A stretch of DNA of 64,000 nucleotides from Antedon mediterranea. Taxonomy: Eukaryota; Animalia; Echinodermata. The DNA is taken from assembly GCF_964355755.1 (NCBI RefSeq), contig NC_092670.1:6810201-6874200 (forward strand), read 5' to 3'. Below are positions 34,461 to 46,496 of this stretch, one piece after another (positions within the stretch are counted from its first letter, which is position 1; the number at the start of each line of letters is the position of its first letter). The notes beneath the pieces are model-generated. The model saw only the letters and a list, made by a program, of their open reading frames with translations. It ran no database searches and was not told the DNA's origin. The translations under genes and the position numbers were made by a program.

Positions 34461-37400
34461 TAAGGTAATCAAAAAGGTATGAACAATGTATTATAATATA
34501 TAAAAAAGTCAAATAATTGTTTTATGAAGGCATAATAATATAAATAAAGCAGAAACGTCTTTCCATTGTTCAATTAATAACGTGGTGACAATGCCTATGG
34601 GGCGACACAATTTATTACATAATGTAAGTCAAATTGTCTACCTAGATGTTCATAAGAATTTAGATTCCATAATTCAGTTACATGGAAAGGCATAACGAAG
34701 ATGGGTGTGTTTAAAACTACTGCAACAGTAGCCTACATGTTAGATCAATCGAAGGCTTTATTTAACACAATCTTTGGTTAGCTTTTTACTTAGGCCTGCA
34801 TAGATTAAAGGTGATAATTTCAATAGCACAATTAATCTTGTCAACATGTTATATATGTGGACATAAATACAAGTGTTAACAATTAGGTAAAATGGTACGA
34901 AAATTAACAAAAAGTGGTGGTAGGCTAGAGGGTTAGGTTTAGTACATTTAAGAAGTAGATCAGCTATCTTGCAATTCTTTATAATAGAAAATAATTAAGG
35001 TAGGTCTAATGAATTATTTATGATTTCTGCCCACGTTCGTCCTGGAAAAAAATACGCTTTCAGTTAACGTAAGTAATCATCTAAAACATGGACCTCTCCA
35101 ATTAGGAACCAAAGAAGTTTAGATTTTACGAACTATTCAAATAGAAACTTAGTCTAGGTTCTGGACCGAAATTAGTAAAAAGATAAATAGTTTGGCACAT
35201 ATGGCGTTTCATAGCAACCAACTTTCTTTTTGCCAAATCTTTACATGTATCTAATGTTCTTTAGATAATTTATAGCCGCTCTTTTACTCCTTCTTAAATT
35301 ACTTTGGGTACATGTAATTTAAGCCTTCCTTCCCTCTCCATAATAATTTGAATTATATTAAATAGCCTTAATTAACAATTCCTTCTTTCCGCTTAAACTA
35401 TCCATTTTACGGAAAATTATTAATTGATTTGTATATATAGACAATATGTTATTTTTGTTACCTTATGGTATATTTTATTGTAAATATAATAAAAACTGTT
35501 TTACTTTTTTAATAATAACATTATATTTACTATTGTAATAGTGAATCAATTGGGATATAAATAAAGTAATTATGTACGTATACAATTTAAATTAATATTT
35601 TTTTTATAATATATAATATTTTAGGTAATTTATAATAACAACCTCTAAGCGTTTAACATTATTACTCCGGTCACATAATATAAATATGGGCCGACTTACA
35701 TACAATTAACAAGAACATTATTTTGCCAATAATGTTTACGTTACATTGGTAAGATTTTTATAATAAGATTATTATAATATTGTAAACAAATTATTGATCG
35801 TTTTGTGTTTACAGTTAAATGGCTATAAGATAATATGATATATTAAGACAGCGATCAACATACATACATGTAATCACTAACAATACTGCATAACAATGTA
35901 CTATATGGCAATAGTAATAACATTATTGAATTTAAATGAATCTATTTCATTTGTTTTTACAAAAAAGGTACGGTACTATGCAATAGATGTTTTACCCCTT
36001 ATAAAATACACCATACATCTTATCCCACGCATACCGTTGGTTTGAAATCACCTCCCCTCTCATAGTACGTCATTAAATATCTCAAGTAATTTAACTTCAG
36101 TGTATTTCTTGTTTTGAGAATTACATACACGGATCGTATGCATTTTTTAGCACTAGGCTGTTTAGCTGTTGCATCGAACGTTGTTTTTGTGTTGTTTTGT
36201 AAATAATTATTATTCGATTTATGCTGGTACCGTTTCGTACTTTTGTTAATTTTGTAACCGTTTACGTTGCTGTTTTTGTGCTGTTTGATATTTTCGATTT
36301 TGTAGTCATTTTGTACTCGTTCGTTACACCTGAAATAAAATTAGCGCCAATCGTGGCATTGTATGTAAATGATCACGTATTAAGCCAGCTACACTGAACG
36401 TGAAACATGTCACCGTAAGTATGTCAAAGTACGCAGATTACAGACACACGAAGGGTGTTACATCTTCTTTTTTTCGTATTGGAAACGAAACCTTATAAGG
36501 ATTTTACATTTACTGAAGGTGGGAAATAATGATTTATTTGTGCAATGTGATGTTGCAATCAATCAATCGTAGGGTGACGATTAGGGGATTAGGGAGACAT
36601 TTCCAGTGTCCAAATCGTACTAGACTTGCATGTCATGTTTAATTTTATATCTCATAAGTCGCCTACAACTAATAAACCAGTTCAGCGGTGAGCGAATTAA
36701 GACAGTGGACTTCATCGTCATCAAACCGGAAAGGGATCAAGGTCCACTCGCTTGCTTCATGGTTCTGGTAGTAAAGTTTTCTCGGATAAGGACAAAACCA
36801 GTCTATTTGCACGCACAATGTTCTCTGCACAAAAAAACATAGTACATTTTTTCAAAACTAGTTGGGGTAACTACCTACTGTAGTGATGGTGCACATGCAG
36901 CCACTGTCGTGGACAGAGGCGAGGACGTCATAAGGACAGAATAGATAAAGAAGAATAAACCCAAAGGCTATATATAGTTTGCTTTGGTGGAGTAAAAGAA
37001 AAACTTTTTCCCACATAAATTGGAATTAAATTGATAATTTAAACAGATAGTAATACATAAGAAAGCTCTTCCTGGTCTTCATTACATAAATAATAAATGG
37101 TATCATTATCCAAATGCATACAATCAGTGATATGTATACATAATTGCTCACCCTTAATTATTGTAATGTTTTATTTCAAAATACCTTTCAAAAAGGGCTG
37201 TGTTAAAATCACAGCAATTAATTACAAGATATTATTCAAGTTATAGCAATGTGGTAAAACGAGTATTTAAAAAAACATTTCATAGAATATGTAACTCCTA
37301 GTTAGTAACCCTTCTAAACATATTGTTGCATGACTTCCTTGTACCTATCGACCTGGTATTTTCTATTTTATGATGTTTTCTAGAGAATATTCAAAAGAAA

Positions 37401-37733
37401 CTCATAGAATAAACAAGTAAGCTACAGGTAGTTCATAAAGCAGTAATAGGTTTATATTTATTTAGTATTTCTTGGTTCAAATTCAATCGATCCTACTAAT
37501 CAGTACTATGCACTATTCCTTTGTACCTTCAACTTGTTTACGTCTAAGATACACAATGTGACCCCTTGAACATATTGATCATTTGAACCCACTGGTACTA
37601 GTTAAACAAATCAAATCAAGCATTTATAAAGCATTATACATTTATCAATTATTTCCTGGTTCAAACAACGTTCTGTTCATCCCAAAAATGTCAAACTATG
37701 GTGAAGATATTATCTTCTTTGCATTTATATGAA

Positions 37734-37791
37734 ATGTTACTAACATTTCTGATTTTGATATTTGGAACTTTTAATTCCGTCAATTCCCAAA
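37734..37791 (+). CDS. Gene 2 alternative signal-peptide exon 1a (MLLTFLILIFGTFNSVNSQ)
   Basis: Homologous to 427-484; intact A|gtgagt donor; upstream promoter-like block also duplicated. Confidence 0.6.
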
Positions 37792-38284
37792 GTGAGTATT
37801 TTTCTTTTTTAAGCTTTTATTTCGGAATGTCTGGAGTCATAGAAAATAAATATAATACGCTCGCCTACCATCTAGGTCGTGTCCACAGCTGACGGTGCTC
37901 ACCTATTAAGTGGATACATTTTGGACCCAACAAATTGCCACTGGATAGGGTTTTTAGCAGAAAAATAATATAACAAAATGATAAATAATCGATCCGGACT
38001 CAAGTAATTGAGAACAATTGAACATTTTGCAACCAACTCGGTATCACTCACAGTTTATATTTATTTAGTATTTCGTGGTTCAAATAGAATCCTACGTTAT
38101 TCAAAGGTGTTTTGAAAGGCTACGATTCAAAATAAACACGTCACAATGTATTGCAAACTATAATGCATTATTCTTTGTATCTACAACTGTCTACTTTCGT
38201 CTACAAAACACCAATATAAAACCATTTGAGCATATTAATCCTTTGAACCTCCTGGTATTTAAACATTTCAGATCAAGATAAGCG

Positions 38285-38292
38285 TATATAAA
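38285..38292 (+). promoter_or_regulatory. TATA-box candidate for gene 2 exon 1b
   Basis: TATATAAA in a block (~38050-38520) homologous to ~70-490. Confidence 0.5.
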
Positions 38293-38454
38293 GCACTATT
38301 TCTACATTTATTTATTAGTTCCTGGTACATACAACTTTGTATACTTTCAACATTTTAAAACCATGTTGAAGATATTGTTTTGAGTGAAACATTTTTAGTT
38401 TGGATTGTATCAGACGATTACTGTGCCTACCTTGTGTTTACATTTAAACGGAAA

Positions 38455-38512
38455 ATGTTACTAACATGTCTGATTTTGATACTTGGAATTTCTAATCTTG
38501 TCAATTCACAAA
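38455..38512 (+). CDS. Gene 2 signal-peptide exon 1b (MLLTCLILILGISNLVNSQ)
   Basis: Homologous to 427-484; A|gtgagt donor, phase 1. Confidence 0.75.
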
Positions 38513-40228
38513 GTGAGTATTTTCTTTCTAGTTAGACTTTAATCAATATCTTGATCTGGTCGTGAGCATTTTTATGTCTGTAGTCAAATTCCAGAAGACT
38601 TTATAAGGTTTTATTGACACATTTGTAATGCCAAGTCAAAATGTCAGAATTCAATAACATGTAACCGTTCTACACGTAACACGAAAGAAATACAGCATTG
38701 ACTTAGTGAGTGGGGTGGATGGCTGCAGACAGATAATAATAGAGAGTTCAAATGAAATATTTGACTTATATAGATATGTTACTATCATTCCTATTAACGT
38801 TGGAATACAAATCAAATAATAAACTTAGTTTGTTGAAAACTGGCAGTGGCCGAGCCTCTTGGTGTAGTAACTCGGTTTGAAGTTGGGCACTTTATTGATT
38901 TCCTCGACTGGCTGTGGACTTATAACACACAGATTCAAACTTGGTCAATCTTCCTTCAACCTGAATTTAATAGATTTGAAATTGTATCTAAATCTGAAAT
39001 ACTACCTGAATTTGTTGAGCAAGGAATAAGTTTAAATACAATTTATTTCGGAACGTACAAAGAGGACCTGCCTGCTCTTAATAGGTTTAGAGTTAGGTCA
39101 AGTCAAGTCAAATAAATTTATTGTCATTTGTAAACATATAAAAACATTTACATTGAAATGAATTGAATGATTTCGGCTAACAACAAATAAATAGAACTTA
39201 AACTACATGGTGAACCAGCCTCACAATAATTAACTCATATTTATAGTATGCAGATGGTTAGTAATTTCGGAATGATAGTGACTCGGTAAAACGGTTTTAG
39301 AAGGACGTTCTAGTTTCGAAGTTTTCGGTTACCATTATTGAAATACTTGAAAAAACTAAACCTACTCTGTTTCACAGTGTCTCAGATGATTAATAACATT
39401 TTAAAGTATAGTGTTTATTGTTTGGTAGGGCCCGTATATGGTGGAGGTGGGGAGGCGGAGTTCATTTGAGGGAGGTGCTTATTCGAGGATACGTTTAATT
39501 TTTTAGTTTGAATAATAGGGTAACATTTAAAAATCAAATCGAATCTTTTAATAGATATGAAAGTGGTATAAAGAATAACAAATGCTTGGTAAATTGTAAA
39601 TAACAGTCAGATGAATTCTACTACAAATAGTATAATTGTGTTATAAATATAATACAATAATTGTATAAATGTGGATGGGCGGTTCCAAGTGATGTTTTAT
39701 TAGGGAGGTGTTTGGTGTTTATTCAAATAAATACCATCCTAATTGGTATAATTAATACATTATTTAGTTTAAAATCGTTAGAAACTAACTTCCGCGACAC
39801 AGTGGGCCGTTTCGTTTCGGCCTAAGAAAGAAGACGTTTTAAACGGCTTGCAACATGGGCAGAAGTATCCAAAGGTCCTAACGGGACACAGATAGCCCAC
39901 AGTTATTCCTGCCTGCTTACTCAACAACTCGGATATCGGAGTTTCACTCGATTTTAAACATCATCAGTTATCCCGATGCAATTTTATATACTATTTCCCA
40001 CAATATACTTCGATTCTTTATGAATATATTTAATTTTAATCTTTATTAATATGCAGTATAATTTTTATTTTCTACTGTACCTTCACACGCGCGGTCCGAA
40101 AATAAACAAAAAACTTAAATGACTATCGCCATCAACGGCATACTTAGTTAAAACCAGGAAGTTGCAAGGTGATGACTCAACGTGAACCCGGAAATGACTT
40201 CTAGGTAGGTAACCAAGACGGATATTTG

Positions 40229-41029
40229 TTTTTAGTCGCGTGGAAGCGACTCTATAGTTCACTATGTCGGTCGGTCGGTCTGTCTGTCGGTCTGTCTGTC
40301 TGTCGGTCCGGTATCACTATGCGTTTTATCGCTTTCTGACCTTATCTTGATATCAGTTTAATCTAGCTAGGTCAATTTTTCACAGTATATTCCTTATGGC
40401 CAGGAATCAATGTGGTTATGTTTTCACGGTGCGCAATAAAAAATTACGCGGTCTACGCACGATTTAACGAAATCACGTTTGTAATCATATCTTCACAACC
40501 ATGAATCACAATTAAATAAAATTTGGTACTCATAAATTTCAGGGCATAAATCATCATATGGCAATACAATTACGTGCGTAGCGCATGTAACGCATGCGTA
40601 CGCGCGCTTAACATTTTCAAAATTTATTTTCGATGAAATAAGAGTACATTTCAGGCAATTTTAAGCGTTTACAAAATTGCCATGAGTGCGCATATTTTTG
40701 CGCGCGCACTGCGCGTTAATTGTTATTGCGCACGCTTTTTGCCCAATTTCTGTTTTCTTGACTTACTTTTCAACTCGAAATTACGTTATACGAGCACGTC
40801 GAAAGTGACAGGCTACGCACGTGTAAATTAAAAAAAGTTAATGTTTTTAAACATTTCAACATTTTTAAACATGTTCAGTAATTTTGGTCAGTATAGTTCA
40901 CTATGTCGGTCGGTCGGTCTCTCTGTCTGTCGGTCTGTCGGTCTGTCGGTCTGTCGGTCTGTCGGTCTGTCTGTCGGTCCGGTATCACTATGCATTGTAG
41001 CACGCGACTTAATGGCTGTTGGCCTTGTT
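40229..41029 (+). mobile_element. Helentron-associated non-autonomous element (DINE-1/HINE type); truncated relative at ~42548-42605
   Basis: 5' T-run, subTIR agtcgcgtg/cacgcgact, (GTCT/GTCG)n microsatellite present twice, 3' hairpin ggctgttggcc. Confidence 0.75.
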
Positions 41030-41796
41030 CCATTGTGCTCGCCTTTGTCCGAATTAAGCATAATTTATATATTTATTTATATAAGATATCGTTATTTGCA
41101 AACTAACACTATGTATAACAATCTCGTTTTGGTAAAGTCTAAATAAAATGACATCGTTTCGCATGCATGCATGCAACCGTATGGTCTTTACAAATCTATC
41201 CATCATTGTCAATGTACGTCCACAATCAAACCTGCATCAGCGTTGGTCCGAAATTGATATTTTAGGATAGTTTAGGATGTGTTGTGGCTGTTAATTTCCT
41301 GGTTAATTTGTGTTTGTATGTTTTGTATACACTTACTAACCGATAAAAAGGAGAATGAATGAAAAAATACTCGTTGAATAATAATAATAATAATATTGAT
41401 ATATATAGCGATTTTAAATGAACTGAATAATACAGACTTTAAAAACTACATTTCAATATTCAATATTCAATATTCAATAATACATTTATTTAAGATGGTC
41501 ACAATATATAACAAACAATATTACAATAAACAATCATAAACAATTAATATAAGACCATCTTAGGGATCAAAATTAGAAGTAGAACTTGTCTCACATTGAC
41601 CCCTAAAATAATAATAATAATTCAAACAAAAATAAGGATTACAGTAACAATACTGAAAATTACACCAAAAAGTACCAAGACCGAGAACACTACACACTGC
41701 GCAGTAGTTAAGTGGCCTGGCACCAAAAAGCAGATTATTCTTCATTTTCTCTTACTTTCTTTGTGTTATTTTTGTTTTTCCTTATTTTGTTATTAG

Positions 41797-42075
41797 ATAA
41801 TGAACGGCCAATGATTGACTGCCCCACAAATGTCACTTCATATAATTACATCGGAGGAGCATTTGGACTAATAAATATCCAAACAGACCAAAGAAGTCCA
41901 AATGCAACAGTCACGTGGGATCCTCCTGTGACAAGTGGCAATGGAACAGTGACTGTGGTGTCATCACCATATGAGTCTGGTGACATGATTCCAATTGGAA
42001 CTCACACAATCACCTTCACAGCAACCGATCTCTTTGGAAATAATGCAACATGTGACTTTTTCATCAAGGTGGAAG
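41797..42075 (+). CDS. Gene 2 HYR exon, type C
   Basis: DNERPMIDCPTNV...VTWDPP...FTATDLFGN.ATC; phase 1-1. Confidence 0.9.
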
Positions 42076-42744
42076 GTAAATTATTAAAACCTTTATCTTA
42101 GTATCTAACAAAAAATCATAATATAGGATAAACTAAACATCAATTATAAATGTGATTAAACCACGATAATACAGTTTTGTATAACCTAATAACAATGTTA
42201 CTATGTAAAAATGAAATGGAAAACATTTATAACATTCATCTACAGACAGAAACAATTTATTAACTGATTTGCAACTGACATGTGCAAATGTAAAATGTGG
42301 TATTTCCAATGCGAAAAAAAGAATAATAAAGTCCAGGAAATAATGTTACGTGTATATTAAACGAAATGATGAAAAATACAAATGTTTAAGTTAAACGTTA
42401 AAAAAACTAGCTAACTCCGTCGAATGTATTTATAGAAAAATTATACCATGCAAAAAAGAGGAATAAATACGACCTTCTTAACAAGAAAATATAACTTTGC
42501 AACGCATAACCGTCCCGCCAAACCAAACACACATTTTGCATTTATATTTAGTCGCGCGCGTGCGTGCAACGCGACTCTACAGCTCTATGTCGGTCAGATG
42601 GTCGGCAAACTATACAAACAGTAAATACAAATTAAACTATAAAAATACAAAATTAACAAGGATATAAAAAGTAGGCCTAAATATATAAATAAATATACAG
42701 TAGGCCTACTATGTAAGAAGGAAAATTAAGATATAATTAATCAG

Positions 42745-42783
<39 letters not shown>

Positions 42784-43001
42784 TGTTTAAAGGAGAAGAA
42801 ATTTTAAGAGTTACGAAAGAGCGTACAGAGTGTGAGAGAAGAGACCCAGAAGAAGACCTCAGAGGTATTTTAAGGGCATATCATTTGATGAGTTCTTTTT
42901 CGAATGTTGGTGAAGAGTTGTGCTTGCCTTTGTATGTAAGCAACAGAATCTTAAATGAAAGAATAATAATAACATTAAAAATGAAATAATACTAAGATGA
43001 T

Positions 43002-43829
43002 GAAAACATTTCTTCTGGTTTCGATTCGTATAATAATATAAGTAGTTCTTTGATAGTAAACCAATAAAACTTACGTTGGCAAGACAGTTTCGTCTAGCTG
43101 TCAGCTTGACTTCTTCAGTTGCTATGCTGATGCTTTCTTTAATTTTACGTTTAAGCCAAACTTGTTCTTTGTGTAGTACCTCTATCTTATCCCAGTTAGG
43201 TATGTGGTTGTGTGTGGTCATATGGTCCGTGATTGCTGATTTATGTAAAATGGAGGACGAAACTTTCCGTGATGCACGCGTCTACATGTTCTGTGTGTTA
43301 TCCTCAACATCTTTCTTGTGCTCTTTAATTCTGGTTTTGAGTGCCCTACCCGTTTCCCTGGCACTCAAAACCAGAATTAAAGAGCACAAGAAAGATGTTG
43401 AGGATAACACACAGAACATGCAGACGCGTGCATCACGGAAAGTTTCGTCCTCTATTTTACATAAATCAGCAATCACGGACCATATGACCACACACAACCA
43501 CATACCTAACTGGGATAAGATAGAGGTACTACACAAAGAACAAGTTTGGCTTAAACGTAAAATTAAAGAAAGCATCAGCATAAGAAAGCAAAATAAAAAT
43601 ACAAAGATGAATAGAGACGAAGGCGCGCACCAACTATCTCACATTTACGATCAGCTTCTGACGACGACTGGTCCCCTAGGCTACACAACAAAATCATCTA
43701 GTGGCTGGAAAGGAGACCAATCGGCGCCATAACGCATCATAGCAACTGGAGAAGTCAAGCTGACAGCTAGACGAAACTGTCTTGCCAACGTAAGTTTTAT
43801 TGGTTTACTATCAAAGAACTACTTATATT
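43002..43829. mobile_element. Short Penelope-type element forming a fold-back
   Basis: GIY-YIG C-terminus (ETGRALKTRI.EHKK...KSAITDH...KESI.I) on both strands; 14-nt spacer at 43346-43359; 16-bp TSD ataatactaagatgat (42986-43001, 43830-43845). Confidence 0.88.
43079..43122 (-). ncRNA. Minimal hammerhead ribozyme (core-mutated copy on + at 43742-43785)
   Basis: Reverse complement GCAA CTGAAGA A GTC-aagctgacagcta-GAC GAAACTGTC TTGC. Confidence 0.7.
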
Positions 43830-44273
43830 ATAATACTAAGATGATCGATTCTGAGAATAAGACTACAATTGGTTATGTGATGGGAAATCATCTATTGAAC
43901 AATTAGGTAAGAGGTAGTTAGATGACGTTAGAAATGCAAATACCACAATGCCTTAATTAAAACAATATTGTTATTCATACAAATATTATTAAAAATAACT
44001 TTACCTCTCAACACATAAAATGTGATTATTAACATAGATACTTAATGGGAGAATGTATGGACACAAAAAGTATGCAAGATACAGAAACGAAAGATGACGA
44101 ATTTTAAATTTAAAATACTACACAAAATACTTTAAGAATATCATAATTAGAACAGATAAAGAGTATATCAATACCATTATTACATTAGGTTGATTCTGTT
44201 TGACCTTTTATTCACTCAATAGCCTGTAAATCTGTAATATCTTGTATATTATTGCTTTCTTTTTTATGTTTAG

Positions 44274-44570
44274 ATGTTGAGCCACCTACTGCGACATGTC
44301 CTTCCATAGTATATGGTATGACTGATCCTGGAAGTTCCAATGGTACTGTAAGTTTCAACATTACTGTAGTGGATAATGTTCTAGTCGCTTGCTTGTTTCC
44401 AAACTATACACTAATCAACCCAAATCGTTTAACTGTTGACATGGTTTCTTATGTCTTCCAAACTGCTGCTTTGTTTCCTTTTGGAAAAACTATCATTGAG
44501 TACACATTCCTTGACAATTCTTCACCGACACCTAATCAAGCCTCGTGTTATGTTACAGTGAATATTCAAG
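44274..44570 (+). CDS. Gene 2 divergent HYR exon
   Basis: DVEPPTATCP...VVDN...FPFGKT.IEYTF.D...N.ASCYVTV; tttag/gtatg. Confidence 0.8.
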
Positions 44571-45139
44571 GTATGATGTTTATTGTTATCAAGTGCCTTA
44601 TATATAAACCGATTGACCTAGTTGTTTTCTCTGAATACGAAACGATTATTTTAAGTAATATTTTTTTTTTTTGAATTTTTTTATTTACAATCAACGTCAA
44701 ATTGAATATATGATGTATCCTAATCCTAACCACAGTGGTCGAGTTGACTGCACTTATATTCTTTTGTTCATGTTTAATACTGAAACATCACCGACGTACG
44801 TCCGTATTCTTAAACCGAACTTTATCGTAGTTCGATCTAAAACTTTAAAATTCATTTTAATTCATAAACCGAACTTCAACTAAATCGGTGACTAAATCAT
44901 GGCAACCTCGAATAAACCGAGACGGATTTTGATGTATTTTTAGTCCTCGAAGGGGCAGGCCGGCTAAATCGTCGACTAAACTTTTTTTAAACGAGGTTTA
45001 TAAAAATGTAAAAGTAATTGCGTTGCATATTGTCCAGATATCGAAGAATGAAATATCTATTTTTATATTAGCTTAATTCTGTACCACTTGGTGTATGTTA
45101 TAACAATGCAAATCATATTGTAGTTTTTATTGTTAAGTT

Positions 45140-46310
45140 CCCTGCTTGGGCCTCTATTATTTTTATTATACATAAATGATATCCATAATGCCTCGAATAT
45201 GTTTTCGTTTCTCTTGTATGCTGATGACACAACCGTAATTTACACTGATAAAAATGTAGATTCCCTTTTTAAAATATCAACTGAAAATCTACCCAAAATG
45301 TTAACATCATTTTTTGCAAACAAACTTTCTGTTAATCTAAAGAAGTGCTGTTGTATGGTGTTCAAAAATTCACAAATACCGCTAAATACCAGTACTTTCA
45401 AATTAAAAATTAAAGATCAATTAAAACCTATTGTTGAGAAAACTAAATTTCTTTGTGTTTATCTGGACAGTAAACTAAATTGGAAACATCAGATTACTGA
45501 AGTCGAAAACAAAATATCCAAAAGTTCTGGTATCATATATAGATTATCATATTTCATCCCTCAAAACATACTCCGCATTCTTTACTGTTAATTAATCCTC
45601 CCTTACTTCACTTATTGTAATATTATTTGGGGCAATATCTACCCGTCCTCCTTAAACAAACTGACCCAAAAGAAAACCGTAAGATACATAGCAAATGCTC
45701 CTCCGTATTCCATTCCAATCCTTTATTTTCTTCATTTGGTCTTCTTAAAATGCAGGATATTAACCATCATCAACAAAGTGTTTTTCTTTATTCATGGCTA
45801 AACTCGATCCTGCCATCACACTTGATTTATTTAGTTTCAATCTTAATTTTCATAACTACAAAACTCGGAGCGCAAATCAAATACGTATTCCTTTTTTTAA
45901 AACTACTTCTTTTAAACATAGCATTAAGTTGTTCACTGGTCCTAAACTCTGGAATAGCGTACCAGTTCCTATAAAAAGTGTTTTGTCTAAGAAGAGTTTT
46001 TCTTTTAAATTGAAACGACACCTCTTACCCAGTTATGTGTAATTATCCTTTCACTCATTGTAGTTTTTATATTTAGTCTTTTTCGGTACCCGGAAACTAA
46101 AAGTCTTCATTACTGTTTTTGTCCTGTTTCCGGTTCCCGCGTTGTCCTGTTTTCTTTTTCAGTTTTTATGGGCTGCCTTATACAAGCTTCGCTTTTTTGG
46201 AATGTTGCCCCTCTTATTTTTATCATATTTACTGTTAATTTTTATATTCTATGAAAGAGAAGAAGATAAATAAGTGTTACTTTGATTGATTGATTGGTTG
46301 ATTGATTGAG
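45140..46310 (+). mobile_element. 5'-truncated decayed L2/Crack-like LINE
   Basis: LGPLLFLLYIND, LYADDT; (GATT)n tail at 46282-46309. Confidence 0.8.
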
Positions 46311-46496
46311 TATCGTGATCTTTGTTTTTCCAACATTACATCCAAATTATCTATACCGGTAGTTTACAAATATTAATGTATAACATGGTTATAAATATAC
46401 TGTAATTATGATTCATAATTTGTCTTTCATATTCATTTCTTTTATTCTCAGCATAATAATAACAAATGGTAACATAATAACAAATTGTATTGTGTT

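Noticed and set aside
38846-39115. 89-aa ORF as an extra gene 2 exon
   Set aside because: No recognisable domain or compatible phase-1 splice sites; runs into a LINE-type tail repeat.
43076-43732. 218-aa ORF as a real protein
   Set aside because: Artefact of reading through a palindrome; the first half is antisense Penelope sequence.
43582-43741. Segment missing from one Penelope arm as a spliced intron
   Set aside because: No GT-AG ends on either strand; bounded by microhomology instead.
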